Both the position numbers and the translations under genes were made by a program. The notes beneath the pieces are model-generated. The model had not been told where the DNA came from. It saw only the letters and a program-made list of their open reading frames with translations, and ran no database searches. From an uncultured Gammaproteobacteria bacterium (lineage in GTDB: Bacteria; Patescibacteriota; Patescibacteriia; SBBC01; CAIJZX01): 64,000 bases of DNA. The DNA lies in assembly GCA_964383765.1 (NCBI GenBank), contig CAYLHT010000004.1, positions 3,539-67,538 on the forward strand, given 5' to 3'. Below are positions 1 to 9,154 of the stretch, one piece after another (position 1 is the first letter of the stretch; every line of letters starts with the position of its first letter).

Positions 1-116
1 TCAATTGCGGCCTTAACCTGGTCCAGATTTGACTTGGCTAAATCCACTAGTTTAGATAGCGACATCGGCCGCGTCGCGACGAGGAGCAAACTTTCAAGTT
101 GGGAGTGGAGTTTCAT
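1..116 (-). CDS. scpB: SMC-Scp complex subunit ScpB, N-terminus (runs off the window)
   Basis: Manual translation MKLHSQLESLLLVATRPMSLSKLVDLAKSNLDQVKAAI resembles the ScpB N-terminus (E.LL.....P.S...L); lies directly downstream of scpA. Confidence 0.85.
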   Translation of the reverse strand, partial: MKLHSQLESLLLVATRPMSLSKLVDLAKSNLDQVKAAI

Positions 117-286
117 CCCGTTAGAGGTTGGTGCTTGATTGATTGCTTATCATTCATTATAGCAAAGCGAATGGTATGAGTGCTTTTATCAACCGGCCAA
201 ACTCATGCTGTATGACAAAGCTGAACATGCGGACATGGGCTGGGCACAACTAGAGTAATGATTATTCTGGACAACCTCTAACGGGA
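116..286. mobile_element. 171-bp MITE-like element with 15-bp terminal inverted repeats and a 3-bp TCA/TGA target duplication
   Basis: TCCCGTTAGAGGTTG (116-130) and CAACCTCTAACGGGA (272-286), flanked by TCA at 113-115 and 287-289. Confidence 0.75.
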
Positions 287-1018
287 TCATACGGAGGCAA
301 CATCCATGGTGATTGGTTGATCGGCGCTCAGCAGTGAAATATCCACATCGCCGTGTTGTTTATCTTGACTGACACTGACGCTGCGGAGTTTGACTAATTC
401 TAGCACAGCTAAGAAAGTCACGATCACGTCAGTCTTTGAATTGGCCAGCTGAAGCAGATTGTGAAAGCTGGTTTTGGGATTCTTGAGCAATCGGTCTTTA
501 ATTTGACCGATTTTTTCACGAATATTAATCGTCCGCACGATGACGGTTTGTGGCAGACGTGTCAGAGGTTCCAGTTCTTTCAGTACGCCGAACATGAGGT
601 CATGCAAATCGTTGGTGACTAAGTGTTCCGGCGGATGGAAAATCGGTTCGAGCATAGCAGAACCTTCCCGTGCCCAGACTGCTTTGTGTTTGTTCCAAAT
701 TTTCTCCACCTTTTTTGAGGCTTCCACAAACTCCCGATACATCTTGAGTTGCTTTTCGAGATCCAGGCCTGCGTCATCCGCCGGAAGTTCGTCAGTAGGA
801 ACAAGTAAACGCGATTTGATCAGTAACAGTTTGGCGGCTACCACGAGAAAATCCGCCAGTTCATCGACCGGCAACTCAGCCATGGCCTGTAAGCTCTGGA
901 TGTACTGTTCCGTGACTTTCGCTAAGGAGACTTGACTGATGTCAAGTTGCTGTTGCTCAATCAGTTGCAACAACAGGTCAAGCGGGCCGGAAAACTTTTC
1001 AACTTTGACGTCGCGCAT
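287..1018 (-). CDS. scpA: Segregation and condensation protein A
   Basis: FSGPLDLLLQLI...LDI..VSL motif, FLVVAAKLLLIKSRLL, C-terminal TFLAVLELVK. Confidence 0.95.
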   Translation of the reverse strand: MRDVKVEKFSGPLDLLLQLIEQQQLDISQVSLAKVTEQYIQSLQAMAELPVDELADFLVVAAKLLLIKSRLLVPTDELPADDAGLDLEKQLKMYREFVEASKKVEKIWNKHKAVWAREGSAMLEPIFHPPEHLVTNDLHDLMFGVLKELEPLTRLPQTVIVRTINIREKIGQIKDRLLKNPKTSFHNLLQLANSKTDVIVTFLAVLELVKLRSVSVSQDKQHGDVDISLLSADQPITMDVASV

Positions 1019-1032
1019 GAAGTCCTGCTTAT

Positions 1033-1689
1033 CTATTTGGAGAATACAATGCTATCAATTGCTTGATCTAATAAGCCTACTGATTTTGTGTTTTTTCTGG
1101 CTGACCCAAAAAAGTAAAACAATGTGTTGTCGTGTACAAATTCATAGCTCTTAATAATCATCGTGGAGGTTCGATATGATTCTAGTGGGTCTGCACCTAC
1201 CGAAACATACATACTTTGTCCAGCAATGGTATGACGTTCTACGAGGAAATATTCTCGGGCCATTACCATGGTTAAGTAGTTTACTGGATTCCGCGTCAGA
1301 GTTTCGTAGACCGCCCGGTTCGCTCCACCAACATTATTCTTGTCAGTAATCGCTAATGCAAAGTATATCGAAGGATTTTTCGTGGCCGGGTAAGAATAGG
1401 CAATCACCTGACCTCCAAGTAAAGCTGAGTCTGAGGGCTTATATTCTCTTATTTTCCCACCAACCGGTAGTCGCATTGAAAAACCGTAGGTGGGTTGTTC
1501 ATATACTTGAGATTTAACAAGTGGGGCTGAGCCGGATCGATCTGGTATCCATTGTTGAAGTGGCAAGACGTTCATAAACCAGTTCACAATAAATCCAAGA
1601 AAAACCAGCACCCCCAAAGAAACTAGACTGAGGAGAACGATACTGATTTTGTTTTTCTTTTCAAGCATTGACCACTTTGCGATCGTCAC
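1033..1689 (-). CDS. Hypothetical membrane-anchored protein (possible PsbP/Mog1-like extracellular domain)
   Basis: N-terminal TM helix; YGFSMRLP motif; lower GC. Confidence 0.6.
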   Translation of the reverse strand: MTIAKWSMLEKKNKISIVLLSLVSLGVLVFLGFIVNWFMNVLPLQQWIPDRSGSAPLVKSQVYEQPTYGFSMRLPVGGKIREYKPSDSALLGGQVIAYSYPATKNPSIYFALAITDKNNVGGANRAVYETLTRNPVNYLTMVMAREYFLVERHTIAGQSMYVSVGADPLESYRTSTMIIKSYEFVHDNTLFYFFGSARKNTKSVGLLDQAIDSIVFSK

Positions 1690-2159
1690 TTCTTCGGCGC
1701 CTCCGAGACGTTGCCAACCATTGGCTGCTCGGTTTTCAGGTAATCTTTCACTTTCATCCGCACTGACTCAGTGAAACTCCCTGCTCCGAACAAAGCCTTT
1801 TGCGTTTTCAGTAAACCTTTATCAACTACGACCCCTAGCTTATGCAAACTCCCAAACGGCGTTAAGGCGCCGGGCTTCACTTTCATTTCTCGAACCATGT
1901 CCGATTCTTTAGCGATGGTGACTTTTTTCGCGCCCAGCAGTTTCTTCAACGCGTCGATATTCAATCGGCGATGGGCTGGCACGAGCACGAGTTTATACTC
2001 GGCATCAGCTTTCACCAGCAACGTCTTCACAATTTCATTCATTTTAATTTTCAAGGTCTGCGCTAAATCGTAGACCGTGAACACCGTTTTGTGTTCGACG
2101 ACTTCATGCTGCAATTTCATTTTTTGTAAGTAGGTTTTGACTTTGGCGGGAATGGGCAT
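1686..2159 (-). CDS. YbaK/EbsC family aminoacyl-tRNA deacylase
   Basis: IVKTLLVK, GALTPFG, GAGS motifs. Confidence 0.88.
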   Translation of the reverse strand: MPIPAKVKTYLQKMKLQHEVVEHKTVFTVYDLAQTLKIKMNEIVKTLLVKADAEYKLVLVPAHRRLNIDALKKLLGAKKVTIAKESDMVREMKVKPGALTPFGSLHKLGVVVDKGLLKTQKALFGAGSFTESVRMKVKDYLKTEQPMVGNVSEAPKK

Positions 2160-2178
2160 AGGTTAGCTCGTTAGCAAT

Positions 2179-2472
2179 TTAGCTTTTTAGCGGGAGTTTT
2201 TGTTGTTGACCGAAGGTTTGCTTTGCCATCCGACGGCCGAGGGGTGTCAGACGCACTGATTCAATAAACCATTTTTCCGGCGTTCGTCGGCCGAAACCGA
2301 TCATTAAGCCTTTATCAATTAATCGTTCTAACGAACTGGTGATGCTATTCACAACCACTGCGTGCTTGGTTTTCGTCGGGTAGAACTTGGTGAACGGCTG
2401 GCGCGGAATCAGTTTTTGTTTCGATTGATAACATTCACGGAGGATATAACGCTGGAGTGCTGATAAACGCAT
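2179..2472 (-). CDS. Small basic winged-helix-like hypothetical protein
   Basis: SLERLIDKGLM...VRLTPLGR pattern of a wHTH wing. Confidence 0.6.
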   Translation of the reverse strand: MRLSALQRYILRECYQSKQKLIPRQPFTKFYPTKTKHAVVVNSITSSLERLIDKGLMIGFGRRTPEKWFIESVRLTPLGRRMAKQTFGQQQKLPLKS

Positions 2473-2480
2473 AACCAGAA

Positions 2481-3920
2481 TTACTTTTCTGTTCCCCGTT
2501 TGGAATTTGGTATTTGTGATTTGGATTTTGCTTCCGCCCTCAACTGGATATGTGCCTCCCGTAAAGTTTGAGGCGGAAGCTCACTCGGCGCGCCCATCAT
2601 CAGGTCCCGCGCATCACCGGTTTTGGGAAAGGCGATGACTTCGCGGATGTTTGGTTCATTGCGCAGTAGCATCACGATTCGATCATACCCCCAGGCAATT
2701 CCGCCGTGGGGGGGCGTGCCAAACTTGAAGGCGTTCAGCATGTGGCCAAAGTTGGCTTCAATTCGATCATCATCAAAACCCATGATTTCGAACACCGCTT
2801 TCATGGCCGCCGGTTCGTGATTGCGGATTGAGCCGCCGGCGATTTCAAAACCATTCAAGATCAAGTCGTATTGGCTGGTCAAAATCTTTTCTACATTCTT
2901 TTTTGCCATTAAGTCCGAATGGAATTCCGGTTTGGCCGCTGAAAACGGATTGTGGGTAAACGTCCAACCACCGGTGTCGGTTTTTTCGAAGAATGGAAAA
3001 TCAATCACCCAACAAAAGGCTAAATGATTCGGATCGTTTTTATCTTTGCGAAGGTCTGGTCGGTCGGTTCCGTGTTTCTTCATCGCTTCCGCATATGACA
3101 TTCTTGGGAATGGCACTTCTTGAATCTTTTTTTCCGGACAAAGCTCTTTGACCGCCGCAATTAGAATTTTTTCATTCACCGCCATCACGTCCTCGCGTTC
3201 CACAAAACTCATTTCCATGTCGAGCTGTGTGAATTCCGGCTGACGATCGCCGCGTTGGTCTTCGTCACGGAAACAGCGGGCAATTTGGAAGTAACGTTCC
3301 AAACCGGAGACCATGAGGAGTTGCTTGAACTGCTGCGGACTTTGCGGCAAGACATAAAATTTTCCAGACTGTAACCGCGAAGGAATAATGTATTCACGCG
3401 CACCTTCCGGCGTACCCTTAGTGATGTACGGTGTCTCAATTTCAGTGAAACCTTCGGCCAAGAAGGCGCGGCGAATCACGTCGTTGAAAGTTGAACGGAA
3501 TACCAGGTTGTCGTGCATGCGTTGCGACCGGAGATCGAGGTAACGATGCGTTAAGCGAACTTCTTCACTCACACCACTGGTATCATCCAGCGGGAACGGC
3601 GGGGTTTCAGCCGCGTTCAAAATTTTTAGCGCGGTCGCCTGGATTTCAACTTTTCCAGTCGGTATCTTCGGATTGACGTTCTTGGCTCCGCGTTCCACCA
3701 CCTTGCCGGCGAGTTCAATCACAAATTCATCGCGCAAGGTTTTGGCGGTTTCATAGTCCGGGTTGTCTGGTCCAAACACGACTTGCACCTGGCCGCTCCG
3801 GTCACGCAAATGAATAAAAATAATTTTGCCCATATCGCGCCGGACATGGACCCAGCCTTTCAGAATGACCGTTTGACCAACTAAAGATGGAGTTTCGGCG
3901 GCGAGAGTGCGGGAAGTCAT
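2481..3920 (-). CDS. aspS: Aspartate--tRNA ligase (short, lacking GAD insertion; probably non-discriminating)
   Basis: OB fold (GWVHVRRDMG), RYLDLR, PEGAREY, LPQSPQQFKQLLM, CFRDED, PPHGGIAWGYDR. Confidence 0.97.
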   Translation of the reverse strand: MTSRTLAAETPSLVGQTVILKGWVHVRRDMGKIIFIHLRDRSGQVQVVFGPDNPDYETAKTLRDEFVIELAGKVVERGAKNVNPKIPTGKVEIQATALKILNAAETPPFPLDDTSGVSEEVRLTHRYLDLRSQRMHDNLVFRSTFNDVIRRAFLAEGFTEIETPYITKGTPEGAREYIIPSRLQSGKFYVLPQSPQQFKQLLMVSGLERYFQIARCFRDEDQRGDRQPEFTQLDMEMSFVEREDVMAVNEKILIAAVKELCPEKKIQEVPFPRMSYAEAMKKHGTDRPDLRKDKNDPNHLAFCWVIDFPFFEKTDTGGWTFTHNPFSAAKPEFHSDLMAKKNVEKILTSQYDLILNGFEIAGGSIRNHEPAAMKAVFEIMGFDDDRIEANFGHMLNAFKFGTPPHGGIAWGYDRIVMLLRNEPNIREVIAFPKTGDARDLMMGAPSELPPQTLREAHIQLRAEAKSKSQIPNSKRGTEK

Positions 3921-3969
3921 GCGTTTTTTGTCATCAGTATGCTTAGATTATAACATTTTCATTCTCATA

Positions 3970-4055
3970 TGTCATCTCGAACCCGCTGCGGGTGAGAGAT
4001 CTGCCTTGTGGTACTACAAAGTAGATTTCTCGCCCTTCTCGGGCTCGAAATGACA
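3970..4055. repeat. Palindromic REP/MITE-like repeat, copy 1 (TGTCAT...ATGACA)
   Basis: TGTCATCTCGA...AGATCT...AGATTTCTCG...CTCGAAATGACA; similar copies at 16188 and 38312. Confidence 0.8.
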
Positions 4056-4060
4056 GAAGG

Positions 4061-4645
4061 TTATTTTAGCTTATTTTGTTGAGTTATTCGGAAAAGCAGT
4101 ACCACCAGTCCCCCACCGAGCAAGTTGAAAAACAAGTCATGGGGCGTGTCATAAATGAACACCACACGATGCGTGCCAAACCACATATCCCCGAGCCACT
4201 CGGTCACTTCATACATCGCACCAATGAACTGGCCCGTCAAAAATCCCAACCAAGTGGCTTGGCCCCACGCGACCTTGAGTTTACCCGTCTTGCGCCAGGC
4301 TTGGTAGAAGTCGATAAAACCACCAGCCACGGCCATCCCTCCGACAGTGTGTGAAATTCGATCCCACCACCAAAAGCCAGCATACAAATGCTGAAAGTTC
4401 CCCAGCGCGTCCAGCCAGACAGCACCAAACGCCAAGAGAATGGTGATCCACGATAACTGTGCGCTACGTTTAGACAGCCAGCGATTAAACCCCAATACTA
4501 ATCCAACCGCGATCAGGTTAGTGACGGCCAGGGCAATTTGGCGTTGGGGTGTGTCATAGCTGGTGAACAACTCTAGTTTCAATAAGCCGACCTGCAGCGC
4601 GATCAGTCCGATCCACAGCCAACGACGAGTTCGAGCAGTCATCAT
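4061..4645 (-). CDS. Integral membrane protein (DUF2238/YjdF-like)
   Basis: LY....WWDRISH and YEVTEW...DT..DL motifs; real start is probably the ATG at 4645 overlapping the upstream stop (ATGA). Confidence 0.7.
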   Translation of the reverse strand: MMTARTRRWLWIGLIALQVGLLKLELFTSYDTPQRQIALAVTNLIAVGLVLGFNRWLSKRSAQLSWITILLAFGAVWLDALGNFQHLYAGFWWWDRISHTVGGMAVAGGFIDFYQAWRKTGKLKVAWGQATWLGFLTGQFIGAMYEVTEWLGDMWFGTHRVVFIYDTPHDLFFNLLGGGLVVLLFRITQQNKLK

Positions 4646-5892
4646 TGGTGAAGAATCAATTGAACAATAAAGATCACGCCGGCGACTGACATCAGCCCCC
4701 AGGCCAGCCAACCGCCGAATTTCACGATCGGTCGAGTCGTGAAGTTGCCGACCACGTCGGCTCGATCGGCTAATCGCAAGATGAACCACAGCGCGATGGG
4801 TGCCAGTAACCCGTTCAATACCCCAGCCGCGATCAGGAAAGCGATCGGCGAAATTCCGGTGGCGGACATAATCGCCCCAATCCAAATCGAAATAATGATC
4901 ACAAAGTAAAACGATGGGGCCTGTTTGAAGTGCTGCGACAGTCCTTCCTTCCATCCAGCGACTTCGGCAGTCGCATAGGCGGCGGAACCGGCCAAGATCG
5001 GCACCGCCAATAAGCCGGTGCCAATGATCCCGATTCCAAATAACCAGAACGTTAAGTTGCCCGCTATCGGTCGCAAGGCTTCAGCCGCTTCTTGAGCAGT
5101 CGCGATGTTGGTGATGCCGGCTTGGTGCAACGTCGCGGCCGTCGTCACAATAATGAAGAACATGATCAGATTCGAAACGATCATGCCGGTAGCGGTGTCG
5201 AGTCGCATCGCTCGGATTAAACGGCTGATGTGCGAAGCTTGACGCGGACCGCGACTTTCATTTTCAACTTCTTCAGAGCTTTGCCAAAAAAATAAATAGG
5301 GTGAAATTGTTGTTCCCAAGATAGCCACAATTATCGCCACCACTCCGGGCTGATGAATCACACTTGGCACCAACGTCCGCCAAGCGACTTCGGCCCAATC
5401 AACTTTAATCACCAGGGCGGCGGCGACATATGTTAGTAATGCAAAGGTCAGCCACTTTAGGACATTCACATACTTGCGGTATGGCACCAGAACTTCCAGT
5501 GAAATCATCAGGCCTCCCAGCAGCGCCACATACAGAATTGTTGGCGCGGGGTGGAGCAGTTTACTGACCGCCGCCATCGCTCCCAAATCAGCACCGATGT
5601 TGATGGTGTTGACGATCAGCAGTAATAAGCTCAACCCGATAGCAACTCGTTTTGAGACATACCGTCGGATCAAGGCCGACAATCCGCGACGCGTCACCAA
5701 GCCTAGTCGGGCCGACATTTCCTGAACCGCCATCATCAGCGGCGTGGTAAAGAGTGCTAGCCAGAGCAACCCATAACCAAATTTCGCACCGGCTTGGGAA
5801 TAAATGATCACGCCCGACGGATCGTCGTCCGAGGCGCCGGTGATCACGCCGGGGCCGATGCTTTTAAAGACGTTGCGCGGTCGGAAGAACAT
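4642..5892 (-). CDS. NRAMP family divalent metal transporter
   Basis: GPGVITGASDDDPSG, GTTISPY motifs, ~11 TM helices. Confidence 0.9.
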   Translation of the reverse strand: MFFRPRNVFKSIGPGVITGASDDDPSGVIIYSQAGAKFGYGLLWLALFTTPLMMAVQEMSARLGLVTRRGLSALIRRYVSKRVAIGLSLLLLIVNTINIGADLGAMAAVSKLLHPAPTILYVALLGGLMISLEVLVPYRKYVNVLKWLTFALLTYVAAALVIKVDWAEVAWRTLVPSVIHQPGVVAIIVAILGTTISPYLFFWQSSEEVENESRGPRQASHISRLIRAMRLDTATGMIVSNLIMFFIIVTTAATLHQAGITNIATAQEAAEALRPIAGNLTFWLFGIGIIGTGLLAVPILAGSAAYATAEVAGWKEGLSQHFKQAPSFYFVIIISIWIGAIMSATGISPIAFLIAAGVLNGLLAPIALWFILRLADRADVVGNFTTRPIVKFGGWLAWGLMSVAGVIFIVQLILHQ

Positions 5893-5895
5893 ACG

Positions 5896-8388
5896 TTAGG
5901 TCGATTGCGGATCGAATCGCCGGTAAAACCAGTGTTTCAAGAACTCAGTAATCAATAAATCAAAGACGACGATGCCCGCAATCGCCAGCACAATCCGAAA
6001 GGACAGCGGCGTGAAGTGGAAGAAATGGTTGACGGGCAGATAGGGCAGGAGCCACCCAATCGTGACCGTGACCAGGGTGTTCACGAGTAACCAGGCACTC
6101 GGCCGACTCGAGAGGAACGGAATACGCTTGGTGCGGATGACGTAGATCACCAAGACTTGTGAGGCGAGTGACTCAATAAACCAGCCGGTTTGAAACCCCG
6201 CCGCCGACAAGTGGAAGACCCAGAGTAATATGGCGAACGTCACAAAATCGAAAAATGAACTGATCGGACCGAACACCAGCATGAACCGACGGACAAAACG
6301 TAAATCCCAGGCTGTCGGTTTGGTCAAATCATTTTGATCGACCTGGTCAGTCGACAACGCTAATTGCGAGGTATCATATAAGAAATTATTTAAGAGCAAC
6401 TGGGTGGGCAACATGGGCAGGAATGGCATGAAGGCCGACGCCGCGGTCATCGAGAACATATTGCCGAAATTCGCGCTCAAGCCCATTTTGATGTATTTCA
6501 TGGTGTTGTGGAACGTCCGTCGACCCTCCAACACGCCGTCACGAATGGCATTCAGCGAGTGCCGTAGTAAAATAATGTCAGCTGTTTCCTTTGCCACGTC
6601 AACCGCATTATTGACTGAAATCCCAACGTCCGCTGCTTTCAGGGCCGGCGCGTCATTAATGCCATCGCCCAAGAAACCGACCACTTGACCGGCGTGCTGC
6701 AAGGCGGCAATGATCTGCTCTTTTTGCTCGGGGTCGATCCGGGCAAAAATCGAATTCTGCATGACCGCCTGTTGAAATTGAGCTTGATCTAAGCCATGCA
6801 GCTCTTGGCCGGTGATGCTGCCGTGGATCGGCACGTCGATCACCCGACAAATTTTCTCAGTCAACAACAGATTATCGCCGGTCAAAATTTTTATGCCGAT
6901 GCCGAGATCTTCCAAGCGGTCAATCGTTTCTTTGACGCCGGCTTTGGGTGGATCGAGCAGCGCGATGTACCCCAGGAGAATCATGTCGTGCTCGTGATCG
7001 GCTTCAAAGGATGGCTGACGCGATTGGATGATCCGCTGGGCGACGGCCAGGACTCGGTACCCATCCTGACTGAAACTGGTGTAGACCTGTTCGGCTGTTT
7101 GCCGAGCGCTGGCATCGAGTTGCACAACCTGATCACGGCTGGCATATCGCTGGCAGATGGGCACCACTGCTTCCGGAGCGCCTTTGGTGATCAGCCAACG
7201 TTGACCCTCGCGCTCGACCACCACCGACTCCCGACGGCGTTCGAAGTCGAAGGGAATTTCATCAATTTTCACCGCAGTGGCCGTACTCCACTGGCGATAG
7301 TTCCGAATCGCATCATCCAGCGGATTGCTGACGCCGCTGTGGAAGACGCTGCTCAAGCCCGCCGCGGATAAGACCTGTTCATCCTCGACCCCAAAGCAGT
7401 CGGTGTACTTGACCACGCTAATTTTATTTTCGGTCAAGGTGCCGGTCTTATCGGTACACAGAATATTCATCCGGCCAATGTTCTGAATTGCCGGCAAGCG
7501 CTTGACGATCACCGATTGTTTTGACATCCGGACGGCCCCGCGGCTGAGTGAGACGGTTAAGATGACGGGTAGGAGTTCGGGTGTTAACCCAATCGCAATC
7601 GCGATGGCAAAAATCAACGACTCGAGAATGCCGCGGTGCGCGGCCGCATTGAAGAGGAACACTAAGGTCACCATGATGACCGTCACTCGTAACAAGAAGG
7701 TGCTGAATGACCGGATGCCACGATCAAAATCAGTCGTCGGTTCAGATTTGGCCAACCGCTCCGCAATTTTTCCGTAGGCGGTTGAGCGACCGGTGGTGGT
7801 GACTTCCATCAGGCCGGTACCGGTGACCACGCTGGTGCCCATGAAAACCGCTGCCGGATTATTGCGATCGAGCGATTGGCTCGCGGCGTTAGTTGAAGCG
7901 GTCTTCGCAGCAGGCAACGACTCGCCGGTTAAGGCCGATTCATTCACATAGATGTCACGACCTTGGCGAATGAGGCCATCGGCCGGAATAACGTCGCCGG
8001 ACGATAACTGAACCACGTCGCCAGGCACAATCTCTTCCAGTGGGACATCTTGGAACTTTCCATCCCGCTGCACCGTCGCGGTCGTCACAACTTTCGCGAT
8101 TAATGTATTGACCGCTTTGGTTGACCGCGCGGTGTTCGTATAGTCGAGAATCGCCGAGAAACTGACCATCACCACTAAGATGACGGCATTCGTTCGCTCA
8201 CCAACAAAAAAAGAAATGGTCGACGCCACGATGATCACCCACAACAACGGGCTATTGAACGAGCGCAAAAATTCAACGAATGGCCGTAACGCTTGTTTGG
8301 TGACAATCGAATTCGGGCCGTATTGCTGACGTCGTTCGGCGACCACCAGGGTGGTCAGGCCAAAAGGTTGTTGATCCGTCACCATCAA
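5896..8388 (-). CDS. mgtA: Magnesium-translocating P-type ATPase
   Basis: LTGES, GLTPELLP, DKTGTLT, DEIPFDFERRR, TGDN, GDGINDAPAL, NFGNMFS, FQTGWFIES. Confidence 0.93.
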   Translation of the reverse strand: MMVTDQQPFGLTTLVVAERRQQYGPNSIVTKQALRPFVEFLRSFNSPLLWVIIVASTISFFVGERTNAVILVVMVSFSAILDYTNTARSTKAVNTLIAKVVTTATVQRDGKFQDVPLEEIVPGDVVQLSSGDVIPADGLIRQGRDIYVNESALTGESLPAAKTASTNAASQSLDRNNPAAVFMGTSVVTGTGLMEVTTTGRSTAYGKIAERLAKSEPTTDFDRGIRSFSTFLLRVTVIMVTLVFLFNAAAHRGILESLIFAIAIAIGLTPELLPVILTVSLSRGAVRMSKQSVIVKRLPAIQNIGRMNILCTDKTGTLTENKISVVKYTDCFGVEDEQVLSAAGLSSVFHSGVSNPLDDAIRNYRQWSTATAVKIDEIPFDFERRRESVVVEREGQRWLITKGAPEAVVPICQRYASRDQVVQLDASARQTAEQVYTSFSQDGYRVLAVAQRIIQSRQPSFEADHEHDMILLGYIALLDPPKAGVKETIDRLEDLGIGIKILTGDNLLLTEKICRVIDVPIHGSITGQELHGLDQAQFQQAVMQNSIFARIDPEQKEQIIAALQHAGQVVGFLGDGINDAPALKAADVGISVNNAVDVAKETADIILLRHSLNAIRDGVLEGRRTFHNTMKYIKMGLSANFGNMFSMTAASAFMPFLPMLPTQLLLNNFLYDTSQLALSTDQVDQNDLTKPTAWDLRFVRRFMLVFGPISSFFDFVTFAILLWVFHLSAAGFQTGWFIESLASQVLVIYVIRTKRIPFLSSRPSAWLLVNTLVTVTIGWLLPYLPVNHFFHFTPLSFRIVLAIAGIVVFDLLITEFLKHWFYRRFDPQST

Positions 8389-8408
8389 AGTATACCAAAA
8401 AATCTCGC

Positions 8409-8693
8409 TTACGGCTTTGGCTCAATATTCAGAGGAGATGGAGGCGTTTCCAAAAAAATTTTCTTTAATTTGTTTGTGTTGCCGCAGTGCAAACACGCTA
8501 ACTGTCGCGAGGAGTGCTTCGTTGAGTTGAGTGCGCCAAATAATCCAGTTTTGCTTGGCTGAAGCAAGCCTCCCACAACTTGGTTTAGGTTCATGTACCG
8601 ATCTGGATTTACCCCATACTCATCTTCGGCAAAACGAGAATACTGTTGACAATTCGGACATTGATAGTATTTCTTTTTCGGGGTTTCCATCAA
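8409..8693 (-). CDS. Small zinc-ribbon hypothetical protein
   Basis: Paired CPNC and CLHC motifs. Confidence 0.6.
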   Translation of the reverse strand: MMETPKKKYYQCPNCQQYSRFAEDEYGVNPDRYMNLNQVVGGLLQPSKTGLFGALNSTKHSSRQLACLHCGNTNKLKKIFLETPPSPLNIEPKP

Positions 8694-8716
8694 CTTCGGT
8701 ACTATTCGATTCGGTC

Positions 8717-9139
8717 TTAGCCCACAGCCCTTTTTACCAACGCCACAATTTTCTTCTCATCTGCCGAAGTGAGCTTGATCAGTGCAAAAGCCACCGGCCA
8801 CATCTGCCCAGCATCGAGCTTGGCCGCGTCCTGAAAACCAAGGGTCGAATATCGGTATTTAAATTTAGTCGCGTTTTGGAAAAAACACACAACCTTTCCA
8901 TCTTTGTTGGCATACGCTGGCATACCGTACCACGTTTTCGGGGTGAGCGAAGGTGCAGTTTTCATAATCAGTGCGTGGATGCGCTTCGCCAGACTTCGAT
9001 CAGGTTTCGGCATTTTTGAAATTTTCGCCAAGACCGCGCCTTCGCCTTCAGTATTTCCGGAGCGGCGTTCAGCCGCTTCTTCCCGCATGACCTTGAGCTC
9101 GTCGTCGGAAAAGACTTTGGTGGGTTTGGTGGGTGTCAT
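8717..9139 (-). CDS. DUF1801 (YdhG-like) domain protein
   Basis: [16 protein letters not shown]...[11 protein letters not shown]...MWPVAFAL. Confidence 0.85.
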   Translation of the reverse strand: MTPTKPTKVFSDDELKVMREEAAERRSGNTEGEGAVLAKISKMPKPDRSLAKRIHALIMKTAPSLTPKTWYGMPAYANKDGKVVCFFQNATKFKYRYSTLGFQDAAKLDAGQMWPVAFALIKLTSADEKKIVALVKRAVG

Positions 9140-9154
9140 GCGAGCACTATTGTG

